DNA of 64,000 nucleotides from Vicugna vicugna (GCA_013265495.1 MU058221.1:4944066-5008065); one strand, 5' to 3'. Positions 26,965 through 41,266 are shown, numbered from the stretch's first letter. The notes: a model not told the origin generated them from the sequence alone. Numbers and translations: made by a program.

Positions 26965-27145
26965 GTTAAGAGTGTGGCCTTTGAGGGAGCAGGACTTGGG
27001 CAAGTTACTTAACCTCTCTGCTGTGTTCCTCTGTTAAATGGCATGACAGCAGCATCGGCTGGCAAGGCTGTGAGGGTTAAATGAAACAACGCATGGAAAC
27101 AGCTTGGTACAGTGCGTGTGTAAGGCGATTAGTCAGTAAACGTTG
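26965..27145 (+). mobile_element. MIR fragment
   Basis: gacttgggcaagttacttaacctctctg...gtgagggttaaatga MIR core. Other MIR pieces lie near 8540-8700, 12050-12180, 40350-40540, 43560-43760 and 51840-52000. Confidence 0.75.
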
Positions 27146-30100
27146 TCTGCAAAGACACCTGTTATTTGTCTGTGCAGTTTGCTGTCCTTGGCCTTGGCAC
27201 CTGCTTCTCCGCTTACCTGAATGACAATATCAGACAGAACATGACTTTCAGAAATGCTGTATCTTACAGTAGCAACGAGTGGCACAATCATAGGGCCGTG
27301 CCCCCTAACCCCCCACTATAGGAGAACTAAGATAGATCAGGTTATTTTTTGTAATCAATATATAAACGATAGGGGGAGATACTAAAACCACTGGAAGCAG
27401 ATAGGACACCAGTGAGTGTTCGATTTGATCAGCCTTACTTTGTTAAGTAAGCGGAGACTTTATCAGCTGGTGGACCACCCGTTGGCAGTGGACAGGCCAC
27501 TGGCTCTATCCATTGCCTCCTCAAGGGCTGTGGTTGTCACTGCTCTCACCCTAGGCCAGTGAGATTAGGGTCTCTGGGGAGCATGGCCACTGATTGCCTT
27601 TGCCCTTTGGATGCATTTCCACCTAGAACTGGCTGGGAAGCAACACGCAGAGGGAGAAGCACTTGTGTCTCTGATTCGGTTAAGTCTGACACACCCTGCG
27701 ATAGTCATCAAGCACCTCTCAAATGATGTACTGGGCCAGGGGCTGTGGGGACCCACGGCACGAATGAGTTTTGGTTCCTGGGCCATGAAGCTTCAGGGGA
27801 GATGACGGAGGATCCGTGAGTCTTGAGTATGAGCAGGGATGTCCATGGGGCAGCAGAGTGTGTGCATGACTTGCAGGAGGGACTGAGTCAAGGGCGGGAG
27901 GGGTTAGGAAGCCATTGAAGGTCAAGAGATGGAAAAAATACTGGGGCAGCCCATGAACAGGACATAGCCAGCAAACAGTGAGGAAGAGGGTGAAGCGAAA
28001 TGTTTCTTGAGGTTTTGACCTGGGAGAACACAAGAGGATGGTGGGTCTGGGTGAGAAGCATTTGGAAAGAAAACAGTAGTGTGTCTTTGGACATGTTGAC
28101 TTTAGGTTTTGTGTGTAGACCTCTTCTGCCTCCTGAGGATATGGCCCATAATTTGCTGTAGCCTCTGGGGGCCCCTCAAATGTCCCTTATTTATATAATC
28201 TTTGCCACAGAGTACCTATGCTATTTGCTTAATAGTTTTCTTTGAATTGACTCACTTTATGTCTACTTTTAGAAGATGGAACTTTATTGAAAGTAGCCTT
28301 GTCTAAGAAACCAGTTTTATAAATATATAGATACACTAATGCCTATTAAAATGAATATTTTAAATACTAAAAAAAAGCTGTTATTTAATAGATGGGCAGC
28401 TACTGAATGTTGTTTTAGAGATGGGAACTGGGGATGAGGTGCAACACCCGTTTATGAAGTGGGAGGCGGAGGCATGAGTCCGGTGGTGTGATAATGCATA
28501 TAAAATACCTACATGCAGTTCACGCGCTGTCAGGGTTAATTTCTTAGCCCTTCTGCCATCCTGTCCTGATTTCCCGCAGCCTCGCTTCCCTGTAAATGCA
28601 CAGGCCTTTTGTGGTTCCCTCTGAGTGAGTAACCCAATGTGCGTGCACACGCATTTGCACACACACCAGGATACTAGGATGCAGGACCCTAGGCTTCCGG
28701 CTCCCCAGTCAGGAGTGATGGTCGCGTGTAGAGGTGGCTGGCGTGGCCTTATTCTCAGCACCCTCTCTCACCGGTGGGTCCGAGATCTCTCGCAGAACTG
28801 CCCACCGACTGAGGGCCCTCCTCAGACGTTTCCCCTTTCCTGGTGCCCGGGACTTGTTGATTTTGGCCAGCCGCAGAGGGGTCCTGAAGAGAGGCACGGG
28901 GAGGCAGCTCCAGGCCGCCTGGCTGTTCTTTTGTGTTGTGTGTTTCACTGGCCCGAGATAAGCGCTTCCTGTTCCCCATTGATTATCCACAGATCTGCTT
29001 CCTTTCTCCTCAATACCTGGGATGCCTTCCAGCTTCTCCTCCCACAGGGAAAATCCATCAGCTTCAGAGTTCCCAGGCCTGCTCTTGGTCAATGGGCTTT
29101 GCAGTCGTTCCTGGTTTTGCTATGGAGTGGCGTTCTGTGTGGCTCCCTCCCCTCTGTCTAGGAACTTAGCTCCTCATTGTGTGCCAGCAGGAGGGAAATG
29201 TTCCTGAGGCCTGGCCTCACCTCTCTTTCTCACCAGCCAGAATTTCTGTATCTACCCGCAGGCTTGAGTCAGAGAGAACAAACAGACTGCACCTCACAGA
29301 TCAGTGGTAACCTGCTTGGTGTACTGGGTTGAGGGTTCTGAAGTCTTAGCCAGCACTAATTGAGAATAGTGCCACGATCTATTAGCAGTGTCTGCCACGG
29401 GTCCACGAGGGGCAGCACCCAGGCACCGTATGTGCCATCCCAAGATTCCAAGACGAAACTGAAGCTTCTGGAAGACAAAGAGCATCCCTTGGACCCTGTG
29501 GGTCATACCGTGAAAGTCCAAAGCCCCGTGTTCTCATGCCAACTGGAACATCAACTAGTTGAAGACCTTGGGCAAATCCAGGAGATTCCAGCAGGCTCAG
29601 TTTCCCCATTTTTAAAATCAGGGTGGTAATAGCTGCTTTGTCCATAGCTAGGGGTCAGTAAGATCAAATGAGATCAGTAATTTAAGATGGTTTCAAAAGT
29701 AAAAATGACCACAGAAGTGGATGTTGCCTGCATGGCCCAGCTCAGAGGCCACCTCCTCTATGAAGTGTTCTAGTTTTCCCACGAGAATCCTGCCCACCGC
29801 GGTCCCTCTCTTCTCTGGACCTGTCATTTGCTGACTTACATTCTACATTATTTATACACCTTAAAAAAAATATACCCCCTGTGGCATATCATGCACATAA
29901 ACAGCCACCTGATAGAGGAGATACCCATTAAACGTTTATGGCGTGCTCTGCACAGAGCTTTCACTGCATCTCAGTTATTTTAGAAGTCTAAGTAGGCAGT
30001 TCTGTAAGAATGGGAAGCCACCTGCGAGCTCTCAGTAGTGTGGTTTTATGTTTCAGAAAGATGTTTCTGGAGGTGAGTGAAGGGCAGCCTGGAAGAGATG

Positions 30101-30524
30101 GGGAGAGAGACAGAAGCAGTGGGGACACTGTGGAAGAGGATTTGGGACCCCGTAATCTCCTTCCACCACCCTGTTCTTTGATCTGGACAGCAGACATTTT
30201 GTCAGTCTGAGGCAAAATGACCTGCAGCCCATTCCCCAGCCCCTTCGAACCGAGTTGCCATCCCCAGGGGCCTCCTGGATGGAGAGTCTGGAGCAGACAC
30301 AGGAGCCAGGAGACCAGAGGCGGGCACTGCAGTGGCCCAGCCTTGAAGTAGGGAGGGCCTGGATCGCTAGAGTTTAGAAAGATGCCTAGAATCCATGGAA
30401 CTTGGTGGCTCACAGGAGGGAAGGGAGGTGGCTAAAGACATTAAGGTGGTGCACTTTGAGGTTTCTAGTTGGGGAAACCGAAGGCATGGGTTTGGGAGAT
30501 GAAAATAATGCATCTAGGGGTGAT

Positions 30525-30675
30525 GTTATTTTATTTTATTTTATTTTTTAATTTTGTGTAGGAGAGGTAATTAGGTTTACTTACTTGTTTTTAGAGGCGG
30601 TGCTGGGGATTGAACCCAGGGCCATGTGCATGCTAAGCACGCGCTCCACCACCTGAGCTATACCCTCCCCCACTT
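30525..30675 (-). mobile_element. tRNA-derived SINE, Vic-1-like
   Basis: gaggtaattaggtt...ggggattgaacccaggg...cctgagctataccc. Confidence 0.88.
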
Positions 30676-31709
30676 AGGGTTTCTATCACTTTAATAGCTT
30701 TGCCTCCTGTTGGGACAGTACGTTATATGGTCATTGTAAAAATTTCAAATGAAGAAGAAAAGCGCAAAGAAGTAAGAAAATTGCCCGCACTCTGCCATTC
30801 ACCAGAAACTAACACAACACTGTAAATCACCTAGACTTCGATTATCCCCCCCCCAAAAAAATTGCTCAAAATGCTGAAACCCAGTGTAAACATTTTGGTG
30901 ACTAGCTTTCTGGGGTCCGTAACTGGCTTTTCTCACTGAACGGCTTGTCCAAGACATTTATGTGGGTCAGTAAATGTGGATCAACCAGAGGGCACACAGA
31001 GCCTGGAACCCAGGCGAGACGGTGTTGGGGGAGGGCTTCTGGGCAGCAAACGTGTTTCCCCAGAGCCACCAAGGAAGATGAGGCCCGTGAGATGCCCATA
31101 GGATTTGGCAGATAAAACGCCAGCTGCCTTTATTTTCTTTCTCAAGTCGTGGGAGGCAGCAGAGTGACTGGAACAGCAGCCAGGCTGTAAAGTGAGGAGG
31201 GGGCAGGTGGGAGGTGGGGAGGAAGAGCAAACCTGGACGCAGCGACCTGGGCAGGGGAGGAGGGGGAAGCAGAACGTGGTTGTGCACCAGCCGCCCTGCT
31301 CACCAGCCCTGAGCGGCAGCGTCCTGGGCTCCCCTCTGTCTCCGCCCAGAGGCGCACCCCGCAGCCCGTGCCCTCGGCTCCCACCAGATCGGCCCCCTCC
31401 CCACCCGGTGAAGGTGCCACAGAGGTTGCACAGTCCGCCATCACTGAGAGGAACCCCAGAGACCCCCTCCTGTGTCTCTCCCACACCTGCCTCTACACCT
31501 GCACACTTCAGACTCACTCCCACCCTTTCCCTGACCCCCGCCCCCACCCCAGATTGTAAGCCCTCTCCCTGCTGACCACACACAGCTTTATTCTGTCCTT
31601 CCAATCAGTACCTGTGCACGTGACATGTGTTCCCAGCCTCACTTCCACCTAGAAGACTGCGGACCAAAACTACAGTGAGTTACTGTTTCTCACCTGTCTG
31701 TCTGGCAGA

Positions 31710-32130
31710 GGTCGTTAAGCTTAGTAACACTGTGTGGACAAGGGTTTGGGGAAATGAGCTGTCTCGTGGGCTGCTGCCTCCAGTGCAGACTGAGAGGCAG
31801 TTGGTCACACTTCTCAGAAAATCTCAACGTGCGTACCTTTGACCTACCGATTCCGTCGCGACTGGAGATGGATCCCACAGCTGTATTCAGACACGAGCAA
31901 AGTGATGAGGGTGGATGTTCGTTGCAGCAAAAGTCTGGAAGCACCCGTCCGTCTGTGACCACGCGGCTTTATTTAACAGTCGGCGGCACCTCCAGGTTGC
32001 GGATCCTGAGGGGCCGTTACCGGGGGAGGCGGCTGTCTGGGTGCCGATGTGGGATGCGCTCGAACACGTTGCTCAGGGAACAAGGTGGGAGGCGTGGGTG
32101 CGGCCAGAGCACCACAGAAAGCTGTACGTG
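31710..32130 (+). mobile_element. Highly diverged, GC-enriched old L1 (L1M-type) ORF2-end relic
   Basis: cctttgacctaccgattcc and MFVAAKVWKHPSVC resemble L1 MFIAALFTIAKTWKQPKC; motif order is collinear with the L1 3' region. Confidence 0.55.
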
Positions 32131-34039
32131 GGCAGAGGCCGCCGCGGGGCCAGGACAGACGCTCGGCCCTGACCGCAGGGGCGCGTGGTCAGTATGCACT
32201 AGACGTGGCCACAGCAAGGCAGCAAGAGGAGTGGGGTCAGGCAGGGCTCTGCCCGGAGAAGGGGGCGCCAGGGTCCAAGGTCAGTTCCCGCGAAGAAGCT
32301 TCTCTGTGGTGTGTCCATTGTCGGGCAGCGAGCACAGAAACTGCCCGGGGCCCAGGAAGCCCGAGGTCAAAGCCAGTGCAGGGCTCAGGAGGCGTGAGGC
32401 TCTGGGCTTCAAAAATGAGGGCCCAAAAGCAGTTTGTTTGACTTTCTCGGCAAGCCCAGGTCTCTGCCCCAGAGGTCCCCTTATCACAGAGTAGCTGTAC
32501 CCAGAGCTCTGGAGACAGAGTTCCCCTGCCCCTTCTGAAAGGGCACATGGCGGCCAGTGCCCTGCCAAGTGTCTAGCTCTCCCTTAAGACCACTTCAGCC
32601 AAGGACCCTGGGTGTCAGCCTCCCAGCCATCTGTGAACACAGCCAGCAGTCCCAGCGAGTCGGGGCAGACCTGAGACCCCGCGGGCTCCTGCCCCAGGCA
32701 GTGGTGTCGCCCCTGCCAGCCACTCCCCAGCCGGTTAGAAGCATCTCTTTCCAGCACTGCCGTCGGCAACTCATCGTGGGAGCTTGCGGTCAGCCAGGGT
32801 GGGGATACCGGCAAACCCTGCAAAGCAGGGCTTATCTTTTTGTTTCTGCTTCGAGAGCCAGTTGTTGAACATTCATCCATATGGGACGTCTCCCCACGAA
32901 GCACCCGGAGATGAGTGAGGGGCCCGACTCCGGTGATCAGCTCTTCCCCGTCCCTGGGTAAAGTGCAGGCGATGGGCACATCGAACAAAAGTAACTAGTG
33001 ACTAAAGACGTATTTCCCAAGAGCTGCTGGTCCTTTCCCAAGTGACTGACTGCCCCTCTAGGTAAAAAAGCCGTCCGGGTAGTAGGTGCTGTTAGTCCCC
33101 CGTTACAGGTGAGAACACAGGCGTTCCGAAAGGGGAGGCAGCCCCCTCAGGTCCCCAGCTTGTGTGTGGTGATCAGCCAGGACTCCTGGTTCTGTTCACT
33201 GAGCACCCGGACCCAGTCTCCACTCCCAGGCACCTGCTGTGCTTTAGACGGACCTGCACTGGATTTTCCTCCCATAGGAGGCCGTCTGGTCCAGGTCCCT
33301 GCCTTCAGGCTGATGAAGTCAACTTCATTTTAAAGGTGAGACAGAATCTCGTCCAGAGGTTAGGAAGAGCCTGGAACCCTGGCCTCTGGCATCTCGGGTG
33401 CTCTGTCTTTCCACCACTGGAAACTGGCCTCTGAGGGGAGCCAGCTTTTAAAAACAAGCCTTTCATCAAACCTGGTGGGCAAAATGGCCAGATTCTCTGA
33501 ACTGGGAGGGGAAGGGCACCGTTCGAGGCCAACCAGCGTAGAATAGGAGGTTACAGGGAAAAGGGCAGGAACAGGCACTTGCGGGGGAGCTGAAGCCCGC
33601 GCGCCCACTCTTGCCGCAGAGCTTACTCTTCCGTCGGGACGTATCCTCGGAGCCCGTCTGCTCCCAGTGCTCGGACGGTCTGCAGAAATATCTGTTGACA
33701 AAACTGCTGTGACAGGTGCTAGAGAGAGAAGGTTCACTTTGTTGGTTTAAAGCACTTCAGAAAGGTCGTTCTAAGCAACTTTTCCAAGGGAAACTGTGCC
33801 TGGCATATCAAGTGGAAAGAGTCGCTTATGTTAGGGCTTCCTGGGTTTATTAATTGGATGTCTTTGTCGCAACTCACCCTTCGGCAAAGCCTCGAGAAGG
33901 AACCGAACCAAACCTTGCACACTTGAGCGAAACAGAGGGCGTTTGTGTTTGCAATTTAGTGCCATTCACAAAACTAAGCAAATGCAGAAACTACTCCTCT
34001 TTAGGAAAGGAAATAAGGGGTAAGAGTGGAAACCTGGTT

Positions 34040-34180
34040 GGGTTTTTTGTTTGTTTGTTTTGGTGAGGGGAGGTAATTAGGTTCATTTATTTATCCTTGG
34101 AGGAGGTGCGGGGGACTGAACCCAGGACCTCATGCATGCCAAGCAGGTGATCTACCACTGAGCTGCGCCGTCCTTCCTAC
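34040..34180 (-). mobile_element. tRNA-derived SINE, Vic-1-like
   Basis: ggggaggtaattaggtt...gactgaacccaggacctcatgcatgc...ctaccactgagct. Confidence 0.88.
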
Positions 34181-37100
34181 ACCTTGTTTTATACTTTTGC
34201 TCCTGGAATTTTGTCTGATCCATCGTGTTCGGGAACCAGGTCTTCTGGTACTTCCGTTTTCTCTTCTTCGGTGACTCCTGAAAGCTAAACGTTTGTTTCC
34301 ACTTGGGAAAGCTGTTCTGTCTCCTCACTAATGAGTTCATTGCTCAGTTTTGAAATTTAGATAAACTTAATGTCCATTTTGATAGATGGTATTGGACCTT
34401 AAATAGGCCTCCAGGAACTGGCAGGGTCGGGTGTCACAGCCTGCAGGCTACATTTCCAGATTCTTGGCAACACTAAGCCAACTGATGTGAGAACCAATCG
34501 CTCAAGAGTGAAGGGGGCTCCGTTACATTATGTGCGACTTGTGTTGCTAAAGGATCCAGGAAGAGGCTGGAGAGCCCAGTGTTCCAGATGTGGGAGCTGG
34601 GGCTTACGAGGCTGGCAGCTCGCGGAAGCTCGAGTTGGGCAGGGTCTGGACGTCATGAAATCTGGCTTCTGGGCAAGGGACTGGGGCTGCAGACGTGACC
34701 GTTGTGGAGTTTCCAGTCCCAAGGACAGACAGAATTTGCAAATGGCTGCCAACAGCAGCATGCTGAGTGCCAGAGGGGAAGTGACTGACTCTCGTGGGCA
34801 CCTGGAAAAGGCTCGTCTGGGCAGGGGACCTTGATGCTGGGTTTTGAAGAAGACAATAGAGATTCCCACGTGTAAAGGACACAGCAGGCTGGGGACCAGC
34901 TGAGCAACACGGCACTTTCAGAGTCTATTAAGAACTTTAGTGTGGCTGGTTTTGCGGGGGGAGAGCGGGGTGCAGGGACCCTGAGGGTTGAAACCAGAAG
35001 GATAGTTGGCTGTAGATTGCCGGTGAGTGTCCCCTGACCCAGCAGCCGACCAGGGAAGGCATTTCAGCAGGGATGGGATCTAATGGGTTGATTTTTAGAC
35101 ATCTAAACTCTTGTAGACTCTAGGAAACCATTGCAGTCATCCCGATAAATGATTTTGTCCCCAGTTGTGGCGGAGTGGAGAGTAATGAAAAAATGATAGA
35201 TTGTTCACGTTTTTCATTTATAGTATGACTCTTGATGTTAAAAAAAAATCACCTTTAAAAGGAGATGGAGAACGTTTGCACAGCGTCCTTGTCGCTGTGT
35301 GGTGGCTGGTCTTCTGCCTGCAGGATCAGGTTTCTAGCCTGCGCTCCTGGGTGGCTGAGCCGTACCATCTCCTGGAAGGGAGGCCTGGGAAGGGCTCTTC
35401 TCTGTTAAAGGGGCCCCACCTCTGGCATCCCAGAGTCTCCGTTCACCACTGCGGACCAGAAGGGCAAGAAAGACTGGTCACCTAAACTGGTAAGCTGCTT
35501 CTATGAAGCACAAACACCACGAGACAGGAAAGCCAGAGAAAGGAGCCCTTTCTTTCTGCACCAGGCTGTGCCTCCCGCCCAGAAGCAGCAGAAGGGATTC
35601 TGTGGAATGCTGTGTTCTCACCTGCGAAGCTTCTGGAGAGAACTTGCTTCTTGGCTCCCAGCTGTAGGGCGCCCCCCTCTGGGGACACTGCAGTTGGTTG
35701 CGTAACAGGAAGCCTTTTGCTTCCTCTCTTGCCTGGGCCCTGCTTAAAGGGTCTTCTGTGAGAACGTGTGACTGGGGAGAATGTGGGCGTTCCCAAGAGT
35801 CCCGTGGAGTCCTGTCCACGCCAAAGCAAGCTTGGAACAGGGGGGCCTGGCTGGGGGAGGGGGCGCCCCGACCTTCTGGGAGGCGGAGGGTTAATCTCCG
35901 TAGCTCATTGGCAGTGGTGCCTCTGCACGGGGCATGCTGGGATTTCCTCCCAGCTGTTTTACATCATGAAGATTTGTATGTTGGGGAAATTCCAGGGCAC
36001 AGCTGCAGTTAATCTGCTGCAGGCTCCACGCTAAGCAGGATTCGGTGGGCCCCGGGCTCCGCCTCCCCGCAGGAAGGGAGCTCTGGCGCTCCGGGGAGAG
36101 ACCCTTCAGAGGGACCCTTCCCTGGGCCGAGCTGAGCGGAAACAGCCCACCTGGCCGAGTGACTTCCTCCCCCACCAAGGAGGGTGCTGGGGAGGGGCCC
36201 AAGATGCAGAAAGGGGCCTTAAACGAGCAGCGGCATCCCTTGTAAGTAATAAGGCCAACATAACAGGGATGCAACATTTGATAAAGACGTCACCCCCAAA
36301 AAGAAAGCTTTCTCACTCTGACTTAGGGATGAGTGCAAATCTTAAAACACCCGTGGCTAGCATTCCACGACGTGGTACAAGCGTGGACACGCCACCACGC
36401 ACCCGGTGAGCACAAGAGTGCGTCCGTGTAAGAAAACCCGTTACTACGTCTATGTTTCATAACTGAGTCAAGTACGAGAAACCGCACGGCTGTTCTGATA
36501 GATTCTAAGAATTCAGCAACTACCCCAGTGATGACGATTTAAAAAGAGGAATAGAACCCTCCTTCCTTAACAAGGTAAAGGCAGGGTCCAAGGCACAGCC
36601 TCACTCTACTTAACTGTGAACCACAATAGCAGAATTGCCCCAAGTGGGTTCCACGGAACCCCCCCAACAAAGAGTTCCCCAGATTCAGTAAGGTTGGGAA
36701 ATTGCCTATCTGGCCCGTCTCCGAGAGTCACCGCACGCAGCAGCAGGTTCAGTAGCGTTTGCACATCGCGGGTTCGCAGTACTCACCATTTGAGTTTGGT
36801 TTTGTCTTTCTGAGTTTTGAATAGTGGAAGAGAGTGCTTGTCCCGTAAGTGGTGGCTGTGGCTGTTGCATAGCCGTCGGTGTGCTGCCGGCACACAGGCC
36901 CCATGTGGTCCATTCCGAAGAGCATCCCCCAGGAGGGAGGTGGTTGGACCAGCTTCTCTACGTGCTGAAGTCTGGCCATGATACACTGGTCAGGAGCCAG
37001 TGTGGCCAGTTGGATGGAGCCTTGCCTGGGCTTGGAGAAAGCAGCAGTTTTCATTTGCCCACATGCCATCACTGTGCAGAGTTTAGGCTCAGCCATACAT

Positions 37101-37954
37101 CTCTTAATCCCCAAGAACACGCTCCCCGCCAATGAGCGATTAGCCCCATGGGACTGGCCTCACAAGAGAATTATAGCCAGGAAAGATTTATTTCCACTCA
37201 ACGCTGGGCTGAGCCTGACCTGGGAATTCAGAACTGCACAGCCACCTCCAAATTTCTGGTGATGAGGTTGGGCAGGGTGACAAGGGGTGTTGCTGGCTCC
37301 CTCTGCCTGAGGTCGTGGTTCTGAGAAGCTTAGCTGTCCCTTTAGAACGCTCTTTTCCTCCGAATTCTAGAGGCATCCCCTGGCTAAGCTGCAGAGGCTC
37401 TGACTCTTCCCCCACCCTTACCCCCACCACTTGTTTCAAATTTTTTTTTTTTAAAAAGAGGCAGAAAAGTGGAAAGGGGAAATTGACAGTCTTCCTTTCC
37501 CCTCCCTCCTGGAATGAAGTCCCCTCTGAACACCCACGTGTCACCACCCCGTAACCCCCATGATGGGCTGGAAGATGCAGGCTATTTCCAGAACCACCTC
37601 TCTACGCTTGTCTGACTTACCTGGAAGGAGCCAGACTCCGTGGTGGCCAGGGCTGAAGATTTTCACCCACCCTTCAAGCTCCCGGGTTTCAGTGAAAGTC
37701 AGTGAATGAGAGTGGATTCCAAGGAGAGCAGAGGCCAGTGCGGTTCCTCCCACCAGAAGCCCAGACATCCTGGTAGCAGGTGAAACGCTAACCACACGAC
37801 AGGCAGTCACGAATAGTGGCTACTGCCGACAGCCCTTACTGTGCCTGTGTGTGTGTTTCTAAGTATGTTTGTACCTTGATCGCCTCGGGACCAAGCAGAT
37901 GGACGACCCTCATGCATCTCATAGTGTAATGGGTACCAGCTCCTCAACCACGGA

Positions 37955-38883
37955 GCAGCGGTTCTCATGAAGGGGCCGGTTTTATCCCTCCAGGAGACAT
38001 TTGGTAAAGTCTGGAGACCTTTTTGGTTATCACAACTGGGCAGGAGAGTGAGGGCTATTGGCATTTAGTAGGTAGAAGCTAGGAATGCTGCTAAACATCC
38101 CAAAATACACAGGACATCCCCACAACAAAGAATTATCTGGCCCATAAACGCTGGAGAGCGTGTGGAGAAGGGACCCTCCTGCACTGCTGGTGGGAATGTA
38201 AAATTGGTGCAGCCACTGTGGAGAACAGCATGGAGGTCCCTTAAAAAACTAAAATGGACTTACCATGTGATCCAGCAATCCCACTCCTGGACATATATTG
38301 GGAGGAAACTCTCAACAAGAGACATGCACCCCAGTGTTCACAGCAGCACTGTTTCCAATAGCCAAGACATGGAAGCGACCTAAATGTCCATCGACAGATG
38401 ACTGGATAAAGAAGTTGTGGGGTGTGTGCGTATATAGATAAATGGACTACTACTCAGCCATAAAAAAGAATGAAACAATACCATTTGCAGCAACATGCAT
38501 GGACCTACAGATTCTCATTCTAAGTGAAGTAAGCCAGAAAGAAAAAAGACAAATACCATATAGTACCACTTATATGTGGAATCTTTTTTTTTAAAAAATG
38601 ACACAAATGAACTTACTTACAAAACAGAAAAAGACTCACAGACATAGAAAACGAACTTATGGTTACCAGGAGGGACAGGGGAGGGTGGAAAGATGAACTG
38701 GAAGTTTGGGATGTGCAGTTCCTGACCGCTATGTATAGAACAGATCAACAACGAGGTCCTGCTGTACACAGCACAGGGAACTATCCTCTGTGTCTTGTAG
38801 TAACCTGTAATGAAAAAGAATATGAAAAAGAAACAGACTTCTCTAGCCCCAAATGTCAGTAGTGCCAGGGCGGAGAAGCCCTG
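37955..38883. mobile_element. MER20 split by an L1 (pieces ~37955-38144 and ~38835-38883)
   Basis: cagcggttctca...gacatttgg...tgctgctaaacatcc...aaagaattatctggccca, resuming ccccaaatgtcagtagtgcc...gagaagccctg. Confidence 0.85.
38145..38834 (+). mobile_element. 5'-truncated LINE-1 nested in MER20
   Basis: ggtgggaatgtaaaattggtgcagccact...gatccagcaatcccactcctgg L1 ORF2 end plus 3'UTR; degenerate TSD aaagaattatctggccca/acagacttctctagcccc. Confidence 0.92.
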
Positions 38884-41182
38884 TGCTGGAGTCCTACGAG
38901 CCTGCTGTTCCTAACAACCTGGGGGTCAGCTGTGTATTCTTAAAGAGCCAAGCTCCACACTGTCCCAAACTAGGATGCAGGTAGATTCCTTTGGGTCACC
39001 CCAACATTGACCCAAGAACACCCCTGGTAAGCAAGAAGAGTCAAGTGTGTTCGGCATGGGTCTTTGTAACTCTAAAGAGGGAATCGGATGCGGGTAGAGT
39101 TGATGGATTTTAGGAACCCTTATTGTGTTTCATGTTGGGGGGTGTAAATTTGGGCCAGTTCTCTTTGGCACTGGTTATTTGTGACTGCAGAGAAGCAAAT
39201 TCCACTTGCATGGAAGCTCCAGCCACCTCCAGGGCCCCCCAGGAGAACGCTGCTGTGTGTGTATATTCATTCAGCTTCCGGGTGGCCAGCCCCAAGTGAG
39301 GCAGAAAAGGAGAGAGAAAAAGCCATCAGAGCAAAGAAAAGGCTGAGGGTGGGGGTGGGGGTGGAGGGCGGGAGCGTGGAATGTTCAGGAAGGCGATGCT
39401 ATGAAAAGCCTTCTGACTCATATTGCGGTGAAGAGTGGGGTGTGAAGGCAGGAGGCCTTAGCTCCAGCTCCTCATAGAGTGGGCAGGTCATTTACCCTGA
39501 ATCTGCCTCCACTAGCGCCTCTGAAAATTGGGACGGTCACTCCAACCTGCCGTGGCAGCGTTGCGCTGAAGCTTAAACTGGGTTTAACGATACCAGTGTT
39601 TGTCCGGTGCTGTTAACCTGCCACAGGCGTTTAAATCCCAGTCAGTTCATCTAGGAAGCGTGGGCTCTGGGAAGGGAAATGGATGAGTAGGAGGGTGAAG
39701 GAAGGAAGCAGTCAGCAGAGGACGGGGACAGAGGTGACACTCAGTGGGGGGGAGGGCAGGGTACCGGGGGCCCGGAGTGGAACTGTCCTTGTTCAAGGGC
39801 CCCCGCGAAGGCCCGCTGTCTTTCCCACCTCCCAGGCCTCCCACAGCCAGGCCAGCTCACCCCGTCCCGCTGCTCTCTGTGCCCCTCGCCGGCCCTTGGC
39901 AGGTGTGCCCTCGGGTTACTGTTCCTGCCTGTGGACACCCTTTTTGAAAGCCCCGCTCCTGCCCCCTCAGTCAATTTTTGTGGCTGATGAAGAGCAAAGG
40001 GGCACTGCCCACCTTCCTTTTCTGATCCTGTGCACAGACCTCAAGACCAAATCATGATTTCCACCACCCTTACCGCCCCCCATCCCCACCCAAATTGAAT
40101 GACCAGAGCAAGAGATTATTCAAGGACTTCCTTCTGTCTCCCTGTGAAATTCTTCCTGGAGCCACCACTTCCCCTGAGAGCGTTAATTTTCAGAGGAGCC
40201 TCAAAAATTCTGCAAAGAGGCTGCATCTCTGGTCTGCTGCCCCAGAAGCACCGTGTCAGTGCTGACAGAGCCGACACGGTGTGTTTTGCTCCTGGCAAAG
40301 ACTCGTGGTTCACTTACGAAAATAAAAGCTGCTGTTTTTCAAGTGTCTTCCACCTGCAAAGCACTCACTGTGTTCAGTCCTTGACGTTGTCCCCAATCCT
40401 TCCAACAACCTGTAGAGTTAGTGATAAGAGTCTTGCTTTATGGATGAAGAAACAGAGACTCAGAGTTGTTAAGACACTTATCCAGGGTCACACAGCCTAC
40501 CTTGGCAGAGTGAGGACCCGAACCCATGAGCACTCGACCCCCAGGCCCAGGCGGCTCACCCGGGGCCTCTCACTGTCTCTCCACCCTCTCTCTCCCAGCC
40601 TTTTGCCCGAGACTGGTTTGGGTTTTCTGCAGCGATACATGGGAGAGGGCAGGTACCAGGTAATTTTTTTCAAGGTTTGAGAAACACTGTCACGAAGTAA
40701 AGATCCACAGCCTTGAATATGGACAGTTATTGCCCATGACCCTGCAAGTGTCAAGCAGGTGGTTTTTATTCATTCACTCACTAGAAATTTCTGGAGAGGC
40801 TGTTGCCTGGGGGCGGGCGCTGTGTGTGAAGCTATAAGAGATGGCAATGAACAGGCGGGGTCACCATATGGGAGTCCTGGATCCCTGGATGAGCCCCGCT
40901 TGTAATGCAACCAGAGCAGGGGTCTTGGCCCTCCCCAGCAGGGTCTTTGAACACTTTGATCGGCTCTGCTGTCATGTGTGTCCCCAAAGTGACGAAGGGG
41001 CTGGTGGCGGTAGAGGTCATAGATGCACGCCCTACCCTGTTCTGATCACTTGGGCGTTGACCCCGTGAGGAGCGTGCAGTTAAAACGAGCTGCGTGTTCC
41101 CACCTGTGGAGCACCCCCCTGCACACCTGGGGTGTCACGAGGCCTCCTCTAACCAGCCGCTTTGTTTTCTGTCCCTGTGCAG

Positions 41183-41266
41183 TACCTGCAGATGAAATGG
41201 CCCCTCCTCGATGTCCCCGCCAGCGCCACAGTCAAGGACACCAGATCGCCGTCCCCCGCACACTTG
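41183..41266 (+). CDS. TCF7L1: TCF7L1 coding exon 4 (84 nt), [28 protein letters not shown]
   Basis: Pyrimidine tract plus tgcag acceptor and TTG|gtaagt donor; peptide matches the TCF7L1/TCF7L2 exon-4 block; phase 0-0. Confidence 0.96.

Noticed and set aside
31754..32494. 246-aa ORF and other long GC-rich ORFs (e.g. 6828..7517, 14616..15242, 30981..31604)
   Set aside because: Low-complexity Arg/Gly/Pro-rich translations expected from stop-codon scarcity in GC-rich DNA; some overlap repeat relics; no family resemblance.
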